From: Octopus sinensis | Taxonomy: Eukaryota | DNA length: 64,000 nt | Direction of reading: 5' to 3' | NCBI RefSeq assembly: GCF_006345805.1 | Contig: NW_021831404.1 | Coordinates: 186,001-250,000 of the forward strand | In this document: one piece after another, positions 27,291 to 40,457 of the stretch | How the letters are laid out: each line of letters opens with the position of its first letter | How positions within the stretch are numbered: the first letter of the stretch is position 1 | The notes under the pieces: generated by a model | Seen by the model: only the letters and a program-made list of their open reading frames with translations | Database searches by the model: none | What the model was told of the DNA's origin: nothing | Program-made: the position numbers and the translations under genes

Positions 27291-28963
27291 AAAGTATGCG
27301 TAAAATTGAAGGGGGGAAAGGGTGATAAGAAATGGCAAATAAATAAACTGACAGGTATTTGTATGTATGTATGTATGTATTAGTGTGTTTTCATCATTGT
27401 TTAACATCCGTTTTCCATGCTAGCATAGGTTGGACGGTTCGACTGGGGTCTGGGAAGCCGGGAGGCTGCACCAGGCCCAGTCTGATCTGGCAGTGTTTCT
27501 ACAGCTGGATGCCCTTCCTAACGCCAACCACTCCGTGAGTGTAGTGTGTGCTTTTTACGTGCTAGGCGAGGCTGGCAACGGCCATGATCGGTTGGTGCTT
27601 TTTACGTGCCACCGGCATGGAGGCCAGTGGAGACAGCACTGGCAACGGCCACGTTCGGATGGTTCTTTTATGTGCCACCGGCACGATTTCGATTTCATTT
27701 GCCTCAACAGGTCTTCGCAAGCAGAGTTTTGTCTCCCAAGAAGGAAAGGTATGCATAAGTGGTCTGGCTACATCCCAGGTAAAGGCCACGGGTTATGGCC
27801 TCACTTGTCCTGCCGGGTCTTCTCATGCACAGCAAACTTCCAAAGGTCTCGGTCACTAGTCACTATTGTCTGTATATATATATGTATGGTAGTAAGTAAA
27901 TGTGTTTTAAAAAAGATTTGTTAAAAATTCAGTTTGTAGGGAATAAATATTTGTCAATTGTATTTGAAAAAGATTGGCAGTTATTTGTATGTATGTGTGT
28001 GTATTCTCTCTCTATACATATATTACTCTTTTACTTGTTTCAGTCATTTGACTGTAGCCATGCGGGAGCACCACCTTTAGTCAAGCATGTCGATTGCAGG
28101 ACTTATTCTTTATAAGACTAGTACTTATTTTATCGGTCTCTTTTGCCAAACAGCTAAGTTACAGGGACATAAACACACCAGCATCGGTTGTTAAGCGATG
28201 TTGGGGAGACAAACACAGACACACACATACATATATACGACGGGCTTCTTTCAGTTTCCGTTTACCAAATTTACTCACAAGGCTTTGGTCGGTCCGAGGC
28301 TATAGTAGAAGACACTTGCCCAAGGTGCCACGCAGTGGGACTGAACCCGGAACCATGTGGTTGGTAAGCAAGCTACTTACCACACAGCTGCACCTGCACC
28401 ATATATATATATATATAATATATATATATATATATAATATATATATATATTATATATATATATATATATATAATGTTGATGCAAACAGAAAAAACAGAAC
28501 TCAAAATATGAGTATATGTATATTTTTATTAATATTTAGTAGAAACAACAGAGTGACTCAAAGTTTGAGAGTTTCGTGTGTCGGCACTCACCAGTTTGAT
28601 AAGGACACATAAATATAAATACATACATCCATATAGACAGACAGATATGCTGATGCTTATCAGTTTCATAAGCACTAACTGATAAATGCCAATACACGAA
28701 ACTCACTTCCCTTGAGTCACCCTGTTGCTTCTGATAAATATTAATAAAAATACACACACACACACATACATATGTATCCTTAGCATCAGGCTTGCATGGC
28801 TCAGCCAAAGTCTGTTGTGGGTAGATTTTTTCTGGGACTGAATGTTCTCCCTTGTTACCAAGCAAGGTAATATTTTCCCCAGTCTTTCAAACGTGAACCA
28901 CACAACGCCCAGACATGTTTTCACAAGAGATTACCATACTAAAATCACCACTTATAATAATAA

Positions 28964-29479
28964 CTAGCAGCATAGCCCGGCATTGCCCAGGTATGTAAGA
29001 GCCCCTGGAGCAGACATGATGCTCGCTGTGAATTTTTAAAAAATTCCTGCCAATTTGTGAAAGATATTGTCGAAAATATGTCATCTTGAATTTGAACGCG
29101 ATTTCCCAAAGTGGCATGATTTTATCGATTTTTTTCTGATGGTAAGGTATTGCATGGAAAACTAACGCCAGAATTAAGTTTCTTAGGGTAACATTAAGAT
29201 TCACCATGAGTTTGGTGAAAATCGATTGCAAGTTGCGAAAACTACAACAGAAAATGTGTTGCAAATAAAAAGCTTAGATTCTCAACCCCATGTCAAATTT
29301 ATCAATTTTTTTCAGAACTGGGGAAACTTTTCAAACTTTTCGCTGCGTTAGTTTTGAATTATGACATTGGGCTATGTGTGTGTCAAGTTTCATCAGAATC
29401 AGTTGAAAGCCGTGGTCAGGGTGAAGGTACAATCTGACAGACACACAGACAGACAAACTGCCATTTATATAGAGAGAGA
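28964..29479 (-). mobile_element. Non-autonomous Helitron, family H4
   Basis: CTAG at 28964, cctgggcaatgccggg hairpin, 5' TC after a (GA) tract, aagtttcatcagaatcagttgaaagccg motif. Confidence 0.75.
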
Positions 29480-30076
29480 TAATAATAATAATAATAATGA
29501 AATTATTGTATACAGTGCTCGGTGCACCACAACTTGTCAGAAAGTGCGTATAAAGTATATGCAGTAATGTACAAATGTTTGGAAAGCGAACAGTGTATGA
29601 GTCAGATACATGCTTGTGTGTGTATGGAGGGGAGAAAGTCAGGTGTAGTGTTGACAAATCTCAGGAAGCATGGAAGTTTTGAAGGATGCAGTGCTCCGAC
29701 AACTAACAACTGATGCCGGCAGTTTGTTCCATGCTTCAGCAACTCTCAGCGTGATAATTATTTATGTCTTTATTGCCCACAGGGGGGGTTAAACATAGAG
29801 GGGACAAACAAGGAGAGACAGAGGGATTAAGTGGATTACAGTGACCCCAGTGCATAACAGGTACTTATTTAATCGACCCTGAAAGGATGAAAGGCAAAGT
29901 CAACCTAGGCAGAATTTGAACTCAGAACGTAACGGAACTTGAACTCAAGAGTGCCAACAATAGTCTTTATAGATCAATCAATTAAAGAAACATTAACTAA
30001 TTAACTAGTTAATAATTAATATCAAGGACACTGTACATCCAAGGCTGATGCAACTACATGATGTACATTTATTGCA

Positions 30077-30108
<32 letters not shown>

Positions 30109-30884
30109 GTGATAATAATAATCGTTTCTACTATAGGCACAAGGCCTGAAATTTTAGGGAGAGGGATAGTCGATTACATTGACCCCAGTGTTTCACTGGT
30201 ACTTAATTTATTGACCCCCAAAAGGATAAAAGGCAAAATTGACCTCGGCGGAATTTGAACTCAGAACGTAGCAGCAGGTAAAATACCGCTAAACATTTCA
30301 CCCTGAGTGCTAACGATTCTGCCAGCTCGCCGCCTTAATAGTAATGATAATAATGAATGAAAGAATAAATAAGAATAAAGATGGTTTTTCAATTACATAA
30401 AAGTTGTCTTCATTCTTATTCATTTATAATAACAATCCATTCTACTATAGGCACAAGGCCTGAAATCTGGGGGGAGAGGGGGTCAGTCGAATGGATTGGT
30501 CCCAGTACACAACTGATACTTAATTTATCGACCCCGAAAGGATGAAAGGCAAAGTCGACCTGGACGGAATTTGAACTCAGAACGTAAAGACTGACAAAAT
30601 ACTTATTTCTTTACTACCCACAAGGGGCTAAACACAGTGGGGACAAACAAGGACAGACAAACGGATTAAGTCAATCATGTCGACCCCAGTACATAACTGG
30701 TACTTAATTTATCGACCCCGAAAGGATGAAAGGCAAAGTCAACCTCGGCGGAATTTGAACTCAGAACGTAAAGACAGACGAAATACCGCTAAGCATTTCA
30801 CCTGGTGTGCTGACGATTCTGCCAGCTCACCACCTTAGTGATAATAATGATAAAAATAATAATAATAATAATGATGATGATATT

Positions 30885-31101
30885 GAACAGATGACAACGT
30901 TTCTCTAAAAAAAAAAATGGAGAAACTTTCAAAATACAAAGACCTGGAAATAGAGGTAACTCGAATCTGGAGTCTAAAAACAGAAACAATTCCTATCATA
31001 ATAGGCGCATTAGGTATGATAAAGAAATATTCAGACAAATACATAACAAAAACATCAGGACTAACAAACATATATAGCATACAGAAAATAGCACTACTAG
31101 G
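30885..31101 (+). mobile_element. R4/Dong-like RLE LINE C-terminal fragment
   Basis: EKLSKYKDLEIEVTRIW..KTETIPIIIGALG..QKIALLG; next to an (AAT)n tract. Confidence 0.8.
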
Positions 31102-31843
31102 CTGTGTGTTATGCTCTTGAGCAAGACACTTTATTTCATGTTGCTCCAGTTCACTCAACTGTAGAAATGAGTTGTGACATCACTGCTGCCAAGCTATATC
31201 GACCTTTACCTTTCTCTTGGATAACATCGGTGGCATGAAGAGGGGAGGCTGGTATGCATGGGTAACTGTATAAACAACCTTGCCCAGACATGTGATTGGC
31301 AGGGGAATTTTCTAGATACAATCCCATGGTCATTTATGACTGAAGGGGGGCTTCACCCTTTTTACTATGTGTCAACTACTGGGACAGAAGTAATGCAATA
31401 GGATTATGGGCAGCCTGTATGCAGCAAATGCACAGGAGTGAGGGTTAGTGACAGGAAGGGCATCCAACTAGAAAACAATACCTCAATAATATATTCACTT
31501 AACCCACGCTAACCCAAATGGCAGGAAGAATACACATCAAATGATTTCTTTCAAACAGTCAAGAGGCTTATTAGAAGTAATTGACAGTTTATCTCATCTA
31601 GCTGACCAAAGTAACCCTTTTGCTGTCATATTTCTTTTGAAATACAAGGTGCTTTTAATATAACGAAGAACATGGTAAAATAACTTTTGTGGTTGTGTGG
31701 TAAGAAGCTTGCTTCCTAACCACATGGTTCCAGGTTCAGTCTCACTGCGTGGCACCTTGGGCAAGTGTTTTCTACTATAGCCTCAAGCCAACTGAAGCCT
31801 TGTAAGTGGATTTGGTAGACGAAAGCTGAAAGAAGGCCATTAT

Positions 31844-31910
<67 letters not shown>

Positions 31911-31972
31911 ATATATATATCATCATCATCATCGTTTAACACCCCCGCTTTCAATGCTAGCATGGGTTGGAC

Positions 31973-32015
<43 letters not shown>

Positions 32016-32077
32016 ATATATATATCATCATCATCATCGTTTAACACCCGCTTTCAATGCTAGCATGGGTTGGACGA

Positions 32078-32114
<37 letters not shown>

Positions 32115-33407
32115 TACATACACACATACATATACACACATATGTATATATATTTATGTGCGTATGTGTGTCTTTGTCCCCCACCCCCGCCCATCGCTTG
32201 ACGACTGATGCGGGAGTTTTCATGTCCCTGTAACTTAGCAGTTCAGCAAAACAGACCAATAGAACAAGTACTAGGATTACAAAGAATAAGTCCCGGGGTT
32301 GATTTCTTCAACTAAAACCCTTTAAGATGGTGCTCCAGCATGGCCACAGTCAAATAACTGCAACAAGTAAAAGAATAAGAGAACATAGAGGTGTGTGTGT
32401 GTGTGTGTGGTGTGTGTGTGTGTGTGTAGGTGTCTTTGTGTCTGTATTTGTCCTTCTACCACGACTTGGCAACAGATGCTGGTGTGTTTGCATCCCAGTA
32501 ATTTAGCAGTATGGCAAAAGAGATCAATAGACTAAAGTCCAAGCTTAAAAACAAGCAAGTATTGGGGGTCAAATTCATTCAACTAAAAATTCTTCAAGAT
32601 GGTACCCAGCAAGGGTACCATCTGAAATAAATAAAAGAGAGGGAAAAAATAAAAAAAGATAATTAAGCTGGCATTTGGGACATAATCATTTGTACTTTAT
32701 GCACAAGGCCAGCAATTTAATGGGACCAGGGAAAGATGATTACATCAACTCCAGTATTTGGTTGGTATTTTGTTTTATCAACCTTGAAAAGGAGAAAGGC
32801 AAAGTTGACCTTGGTGAAATTTGAACTCAAAACATACATTACCAGAAGAAATACATTTTAACCAGCATACTCTCTTTCTCTTTACTCTTTTACTTGTTTC
32901 AGTCATTTGACTGTGGCCATGCTGGAGCACTGCCTTTAGTCGAGGAAACTGACCCCAGGACTTATTCTTTGTAAGCCTAGTACTTATTCTATCGATCTCT
33001 TTTGCCAAACTGCTAAGTTACAGGGATGTAAACATACTAGCATCGGTTGTCAAGCAATGTGGGGGGGGGTCAAGCACAGACACACAAACACACACACATA
33101 TATATACATATACATATATATGACAGGCTTCTTTCAGTTTCCGTCTACCAAATCCACTCACAAGGCTTTGGTCGGCCCGAGGCTATAGTAGAAGACACTT
33201 GCCCAAGGTGCCATGCAGTGGGACTGAACCCGGAAACATGTGGTTGGTAAGCAAGCTACTTACCACACAGCCACTCCTGTGCCTATGGTAATTATTCTGC
33301 CAACTTGCTGTCTTTGGAACATAACTGACATGGAATTTTAATGGAAAGTGTTAATTTCAAATAAGCTAATTCTGAAATCTCTGTAAGAGATGAATGCAGT
33401 AGCCATA

Positions 33408-33707
33408 CCGGCAAGTAATGTTTGTTGTCACTTCAACATGGCTGTACTATATGAATGAATATTACTGTGATTTTTTTACCCCAAGAGGACATTTTCCCCT
33501 AATCGGTTAATGATACACACCTGCATCTGATATAGTGCAAATAGGGGAGTGAACTCCTACCACCTTCTAGCAGTGGGACCAGTAGACCAGCTGATATCAG
33601 GCCATTTTCTACCCATCTTCAGTACTGGACACCTCGTTAAAAAAATCAAGTAATGTCCGTTCGAACGGAACAGCTATGTTCTAGTGGCAACAAACATTAC
33701 TTGCCAG
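33408..33707. mobile_element. MITE with 25-bp TIRs
   Basis: ccggcaagtaatgtttgttgtcact / agtggcaacaaacattacttgccag. Confidence 0.7.
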
Positions 33708-33963
33708 TGTTAATTTCATTTGCTTTTAAACAGGAAGCTGGCATCATACAACCAGGGACAGTCTCAGACCATTTGGTATCAAAAGCGTCGACAGTGGAGG
33801 TACCATATTTTCCAGCATACAAATTGAATTCTGTAGACCAAAATTTACTGCCAAAAAAGGTAGGTCAACTTATACACCAAGACGACTTCAGATGACCAAA
33901 ACAGAGGATATACAGGAGAATTTGGAATGATAGCAATGATGTTTGAATGTTTACACTATATAC

Positions 33964-35165
33964 CAGTGTTTTTCAACCTTTTTACCCTTGCATAAACCTT
34001 AAAATAAATTACAAGGCTCAAGGAAGCCCTGCACAAAGAAAATTATATACCATATCTTCCTCATATTTTTTTCATCATAGTTTATGTAGTAAACTAGCAG
34101 TATCGCCCGGCGTTGCTCGGGTTTGTAAGGGAAATAACTATATAAGCATTTTTAGAGAGTTACTTCCTTTATAGATGCCAATTCGGGCTTTCTTAGCCAT
34201 TTCTGTTTTGGTGTCTTCAAGCCATGAAGTCGTTGTTCTAAAAGAAACCTGGTCTCCTTGACAACGCTTTACGACGTTGATTTCCTTACACTGCCTTCCC
34301 TACAGCTTCACGAGGGAGGGAAGAAGGGGGAGAAGCAAACACAGGTGCAGGTGTTTGAGCGTGGACGCCAACTCCGCTGTCATCGACACACGAAAAATTA
34401 TGCATTAAAATGGAATAAAAAATGATGTTAAATTATTTTTTAAATCGTAGACTCATCGTAGACGCGCGATAATAGCCAGACGGGCTCGATATTAATAACG
34501 ACTATAAGATACCCGAATTTGGTTAAACTGCACCGCAAAATGTGGGAGGAGTTAGGAATCTAAATCGAAGGGGACAGACACTCACACAACGTCAGTTTTA
34601 TATATATAGATATCATATATATTTATTCTTTTATTTGCTTCAATCATTTGACTGCAGCCATGCAAGAGCACTGCCTTTAGCTGAACAAATCAACCCCAGG
34701 ACTTATTCCTTGTAACTTATTCTATCGGCCTCTTTTGCCAAACTGCTAAGTTACAGGGACATAAACACACCAACATCAGTTGTCAAGCGATGGTGGGGGG
34801 GGGGACAAACACAGACACATATATATACGATGGGCTTCTTTTAATTTCTATCTACCAATCCACTCACAAGGCTTTGGTCGGCTCAAGGCTATAGAAGATA
34901 CTTGTCCAAGGTGCTACGCAGTGGGACTGAACCCAGAACCATGTGACTGGTTAGCAAGTTACTTACCATACAGCCACTCCTGCACCTATCAAACTTATTA
35001 TGTTATCAAAAAAATTGTCATATTTTTTGATAACATCATAGGTTAGATAAGATGGTGTCTATTACAATAATACGATCATGAAATTAGCATTAGCTTTCTC
35101 TTGAAAGCCCTAAGAACCTTTTGCAGAACCCTAGGGTTCCAGGGAACTCCGATTGAGAAATGCTG
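33964..35165. mobile_element. hAT MITE with nested Helitron and SINE
   Basis: cagtgtttttcaacc...gattgagaaatgctg; TSD ctatatac/ctatgtac. Confidence 0.8.
34094..34610 (-). mobile_element. Non-autonomous Helitron, family H2 (517 bp)
   Basis: TC...cccgagcaacgccgggcgatactgCTAG, A/T target. Confidence 0.85.
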
Positions 35166-35924
35166 CTATGTACTATGTGATTTTGTACGCCAGAAGATAT
35201 GGTAGGTGTTGTGAGAGCATAGTAGCAAGAGTAAGTATTGGGTAAAAAAACAAAAGCTCAGGTACTTCTCTGAGTGAAAAACAGATTGTATGATGCTCAT
35301 GTATGAAGTCTGATATAACATGATAATGAAACATTGGCAATGAACACAGAGGATGGGTGAAATCTGGATAGATGACCAAGAAAGCATGCCTCGCTGGAAG
35401 TGTTATGTTAGTGTGCATGAATGATGGAGCACAAGTGATCTGAATGGAATAACATGGATATAGGCAGAACCTTGTTAGGGACAGGGATATGACATGTATG
35501 AAGGGTGGAAAGAAGTGCCAAGGAATCAAACTTGAAGAAACTTGTGAAAGTGGAAGACATAGGAGAAAGCAGCAAAAGCTGAATATATGATAAGGAACCA
35601 CACGAAAATGGCAAAAAGCCCACAAGTGACAAGATGCTGTACTGTAAAAGGCTCCTGAAAGTAAAGGGGAAATATATATGTATGGAAAGAGAGAGAGAGA
35701 GGCGAATACTCTGCAGAATAGACACCTCTTAAAAATTGGACAAAAAAAACTGTAGTTTTTTAGGTTTTTTTTTTTTTTTCATTACAGGGTTTGCCTTGCT
35801 TTTTATCATTCTGATCTCGATTAAATTAAGTACTAGTAAAATAACGAATCGAATTAATCACTAGGCTTCGCAAGTCACCAAAAGAAGCCATCAGGGCAGA
35901 CAGAAGAGCCAACTTCACTGAGTT

Positions 35925-36407
35925 CATGACCGAAATCAAACTCGATGACTGGCATCCGTGCAAGTGGAGCGCTAAGAGTACCATCCGAGTGTGATCATTG
36001 CCAGAGCAGCAAACTGGCTTCCATGCCGGTGGCACGGGAAAAGCACCATTCAAGTGTGATCGTTACCAGCGCCGCCTTACTGGCACTTGTGCCGGTGCCA
36101 CGTGAAAAAACATTCGAGCGAGGTCGTTGCCAGTGCCGCTGGACTGGCTCCTGTGCAGGTGACATGTAAAAAACACCACTTGAGCGTGGCCGTTGCCAGT
36201 ACTGCCTGACTGGCCCTCGTGCCAGGGGCACGTAAAAAGCACCCACTACACGCTCGGAGTGGTTGGCGTTAGGAAGGACATCCAGCTGTAGAAACTCTGC
36301 TAGATCAGATTGGAGCCCGGTGCCGCCATCTGGTTCGCCGTCCTCACTCAAATCGTCCAACCCATGCTAGCATGGAAAGCGGACGTTAAACGATGATGAT
36401 GATGATG
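35925..36407 (+). mobile_element. RTE 3'UTR fragment (others: 5950-6289 +, 6776-7120 -, 15840-15931 -, 27391-27866 -)
   Basis: Iterated gccagt..actggc/gtgcc..ggcac modules, ccaacccatgctagcatggaaagc end, (GAT)n tail. Confidence 0.85.
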
Positions 36408-36445
36408 TAATTGCGTAACAAGCAGAAACATATGAGAAGGTTTAC

Positions 36446-36850
36446 AGTGGCTGTGTGGTAAGTAGCTTGCTAACCAACCACATGGTTCCGGGTTCAGTCC
36501 CACTGCGTGGCATCTTGGGCAAGTGTCTTCTGCTATAGCCCCAGGCCGACCAATGCCTTGTGAGTGAATTTGGTAGACGGAAACTGAAAGAAGCCTGTCG
36601 TATATATGTATATATATATATATGTGTGCGTTTGTGTGTCTGTGTTTGTCCCCCTAGCATTGCTTGACAACCGATGCTGGTGTGTTTACGTCCCCGTCAC
36701 TTAGCGGTTCGGCAAAAGAGATCGACAGAATAAGTACTGGGCTTACAAAGAATAAGTCCCGGGGTCGATTTGCTCGACTAAAGGCGGTGTTCCAGCATGG
36801 CCGCAGTCAAATGACTGAAACAAGTAAAAGAGTAAAAGAGTAAAGAGTAA
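36446..36850 (+). mobile_element. SINE family A, young full-length copy (about 25 copies or fragments in the window, e.g. 9216-9608 -, 9976-10375 -, 44978-45360 +, 50083-50450 +, 62503-62822 +, 63017-63422 -)
   Basis: tRNA-like A box TGGCTGTGTGG and B box GGTTCAGTCCC, CORE-like ccttgggcaagtgtctt, internal microsatellite, (GTAAAAGA)n tail. Confidence 0.9.
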
Positions 36851-37834
36851 GTGGTAGCTTTAAAATGACAGCGTTATGTACCGTATACATCGTAATATTC
36901 TCCTTTACACTGATGCATACATAACGCTTTATTTGTAAGGTTGTCAACAGACAAGGAGGAACCATAGCGAGCTTAAGTCAGTGTTGAAAGCACAATTATT
37001 CTAAGTCAGTCAGTGACAGTTTTCTTCAGATATGAATGGACAGCTGTCACATTATATATACCGCATAAACCAAACCTAACCCTGTTACAAGCCGACTCCT
37101 AATCTGTGGCCAGGAAATACGGAATTTTTCAAGTACTTCCAATAAAAGTTAACCCTAGATTTTTAGGTCTCTTTTAACATATATATTACCAAATCTAGTG
37201 TATCATTACATGTCGAACTTGACCCACACTTTCTAGCATCTTAAGTGCAGGCACACTTTTCTGCTACCATAATCCAAAGACAGAAGAACGAAGGAAAAGT
37301 TTTCGATTAGCCGACCTTCTGGAACGTATCACCACATGTTGCCAGAACAAATTAGCCACGATAATGATTTATTAATGAGAGACTTTTCAGCAGGACGTTA
37401 TCTTTAGATGCATACAATCACATGTAAATAACCATAAATCTTCGTTTTATAATGATTTATACGTATATTAGAATTAAGCTTCTGCTAATCAAAATTTCAA
37501 ACAAAATTAAACATGAATTTTTAATTTCCTGAAAAAGTGGTATCCCGATATCCACATAAAAGTAGGCCCCTTAAATTCAGCCTTAGAAAATGGTCCGAAA
37601 AGTTCAACTTTTACTGGGATATATATATATATATCTTTACTCTCTTTTACTCGTTTCAGTCATTTGACTGTGGCCATGCTGGAGCAGCGCCTTTAGTCGA
37701 GCAAATCGATCCCAGGGCTTATTCTTTGTAAGCCCAGTACTTATTCTATCGATCTCTTTTGCCGAACCGCTAAGTTACGGAGACGTAAACACACCAGCAT
37801 CGGTTGTCAAGCGATGTTGGGGGTACAAACACAG

Positions 37835-37910
<76 letters not shown>

Positions 37911-39453
37911 CAGGCTTCCTTCAGTTTCCGTCTACCAAATCCACTCACAAGGCTTTGGTTGGTCCGAGGCTATAATAGAAGACACTTGCCCAAGGTGCCA
38001 TTCAGTGGGACATATATATATATATATATGGTAAACATTAACTTCAGATACAGACAGGACCAGATACATATAAAATTCAGCATCAAACGAGGACGGAATC
38101 CAGGTAAAGAAAATTTGGCCCTGGGCAATACACCGGTCGAGCAAATGAAAATATGGCGGTAAATAATGCCGTTAACAACCACCTGTGTTTCCTTGTGCTT
38201 GTGCATCTTCGTTGCAAATGCGATAGATGCAGTAGACCACGAGTTAGGCTGACATCAAATATCATTCATTCCATTTCATTCTTGTACACAAAACAAAGGC
38301 AAGCATCGTACTGTATGATTATTCTTACAGAAAGATTTACAGCCATGTGACACCGAATTTGGTCCCACTGCGTGGCACATTGGGCAAGTGTCTTCTACAA
38401 CAGCACCAGGCCGATCAATGTCCTGTGAGTGAATTTGGTAAGCGGAAACTGAATGAAACCCATTGTATACATATGAATGTACATGTGTGTACACGTAACG
38501 AGTTGTAAAGGGTTTCAATTCTTGGCTATGAGTTCAAAAAAAAAATAAAAAACGATCTCTGACGTGTGTGTTTGTTCTCCATCACGTCTTCACAACTGGT
38601 GTAGGTTTGTTTACGTCCCTGTAACCTATCGGTTCAACAAAATGTCCGATAAAAAGAAATACAAGGGTTGATTTTTTTTTTGACTAAACTCTCTCAAAAC
38701 AAAGAATCTGTACTCATCCTCCCCACTTCTTTTAAACATAAAATAACAATGACCAAAATAACATTCTTTTATGCAATGTGTCCCATACATCTTAACATAT
38801 TTTTCCATCTTGATTCTATACGGTTTTTGCTGCATCACCAGTTGTTGTCTACAATTTCTTGTCAATAACAAACGTTTGTTTATTTTTCGAAGAGGCAAGA
38901 AACGGTAAGACACTGAACTAAATGACGTTTCGACCTGTTTTCTTGTTAGATTCTTTTGTCATCGACTCGACCTTGCCTTCTATTATATACTGCCAGAGCT
39001 AAACCCACGAAACAAATATGTACCATTTTTGTAAGATTACGTGACATTAACGTTTGCCTGAGTCAGATCTGGAGCAGAGATGGCGTGTAATTGAGAAGGT
39101 CGCGAATGGCGACGACGTAAGAGCTTTGACAAACCTAACCGAGTGATTGATTGAACGATCCTGTTAGTTAACTGGTTAAACTGCTGGCCAATTGACAAAC
39201 AGGTATAAAGAAACGAAATAGAACCAGTGCGTGTGTTTATTACTGGCATAATGACCCTCCCAGGATTCCACAAAATGTTTCGATACACGAGCTCACATCA
39301 AGAATCTTGCAAACCAAATACAAAAACGAAATTACACACACACACACACACTTATTTGTAAATAGATATGAGGCATAATGCCATGAGAACCTTAGTACGA
39401 GTATCAAAGATGGTTTAGAATGAAGTTCATAATTATTCTTGAAAATATATATA

Positions 39454-39506
<53 letters not shown>

Positions 39507-40258
39507 ATTATATATATGAGAGAGAAAGGTTGAGTTCAATTTGAACCTTTTACTTTGGGAGTTCCGAAGTTAGATTTCTAAATAAGATTCTTCATATTAA
39601 ATTTGTGGCTTACTATTGCAAGTATTGCATAAGGAAAATAAGACAAGGTAGAAAATGCTAAAATAATTTTATCACGAAGAACATTTTAGTACTCTTGTGA
39701 GTTCCCTGCCACCTAGAACTCACAAGAGTGAAAAAGAAAGACAGAAACAGACATAAAAGGAGAATGTCCCTGCATTTGAAAACTATGGAAATATTAAAAA
39801 AAAAAAAACCATTTCATTTAATTTTTCCACAATTTTATTGTTTTTCATGCTTTAATCTAAGTTGGAAAAGTCGCAAAGAATTAAACCGGTACTAAGATAT
39901 TCTTCATGATAAAATTATTTTAGTATTTTCTACCTTGTCTTATTTTCCTTATACATATCATCTCGTGTGTTCCTTTTCAACCTTCTACACACACACACAT
40001 ATATATATCCATATAGGATCTTTAAGGTAAAGATTCTCTCTCTCTATATATATATATATAAATATATATATATATGTATGTGTGTATGTATGTATATATA
40101 TATATTATATACATGTGTATATTTTGTGAAGTTATTAAAATATTGTTCCTTATGAGTGAGTACAACACAAACACACGTGTTATATATACATTGCATGTGT
40201 GTATACACCTAACGTATGTGTTCTATTACAACCCAGTTTTATATATACATGATCGATC

Positions 40259-40290
<32 letters not shown>

Positions 40291-40457
40291 CAGAGTGACA
40301 GAGACAAATGAGCACACACAGATACCCTATCTATATGTGTGTTTGTGTTGTAGACGTGCCTTTATGCCTGTTATATCTATCTATACGTAAATAAACATAG
40401 CAGTATGGAATAAAATAAAACAAGAAAGCTTCTGTAAAGAGGTTCCTGTATATTTAC

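Noticed and set aside
31842-32208. IY/HT-rich ORFs here and at many other (TA)n/(CA)n tracts
   Set aside because: Microsatellite translations; this locus is two duplicated RTE tail stubs inside a SINE microsatellite
33735-33860. Plus-strand 126-nt exon-like segment with AG/GT ends
   Set aside because: No recognisable protein and no partner exons found; antisense within an SNX intron
39037-39288. 83-aa minus-strand ORF as an alternative SNX exon
   Set aside because: No recognisable homology; the nearby donor is out of phase with exon 2
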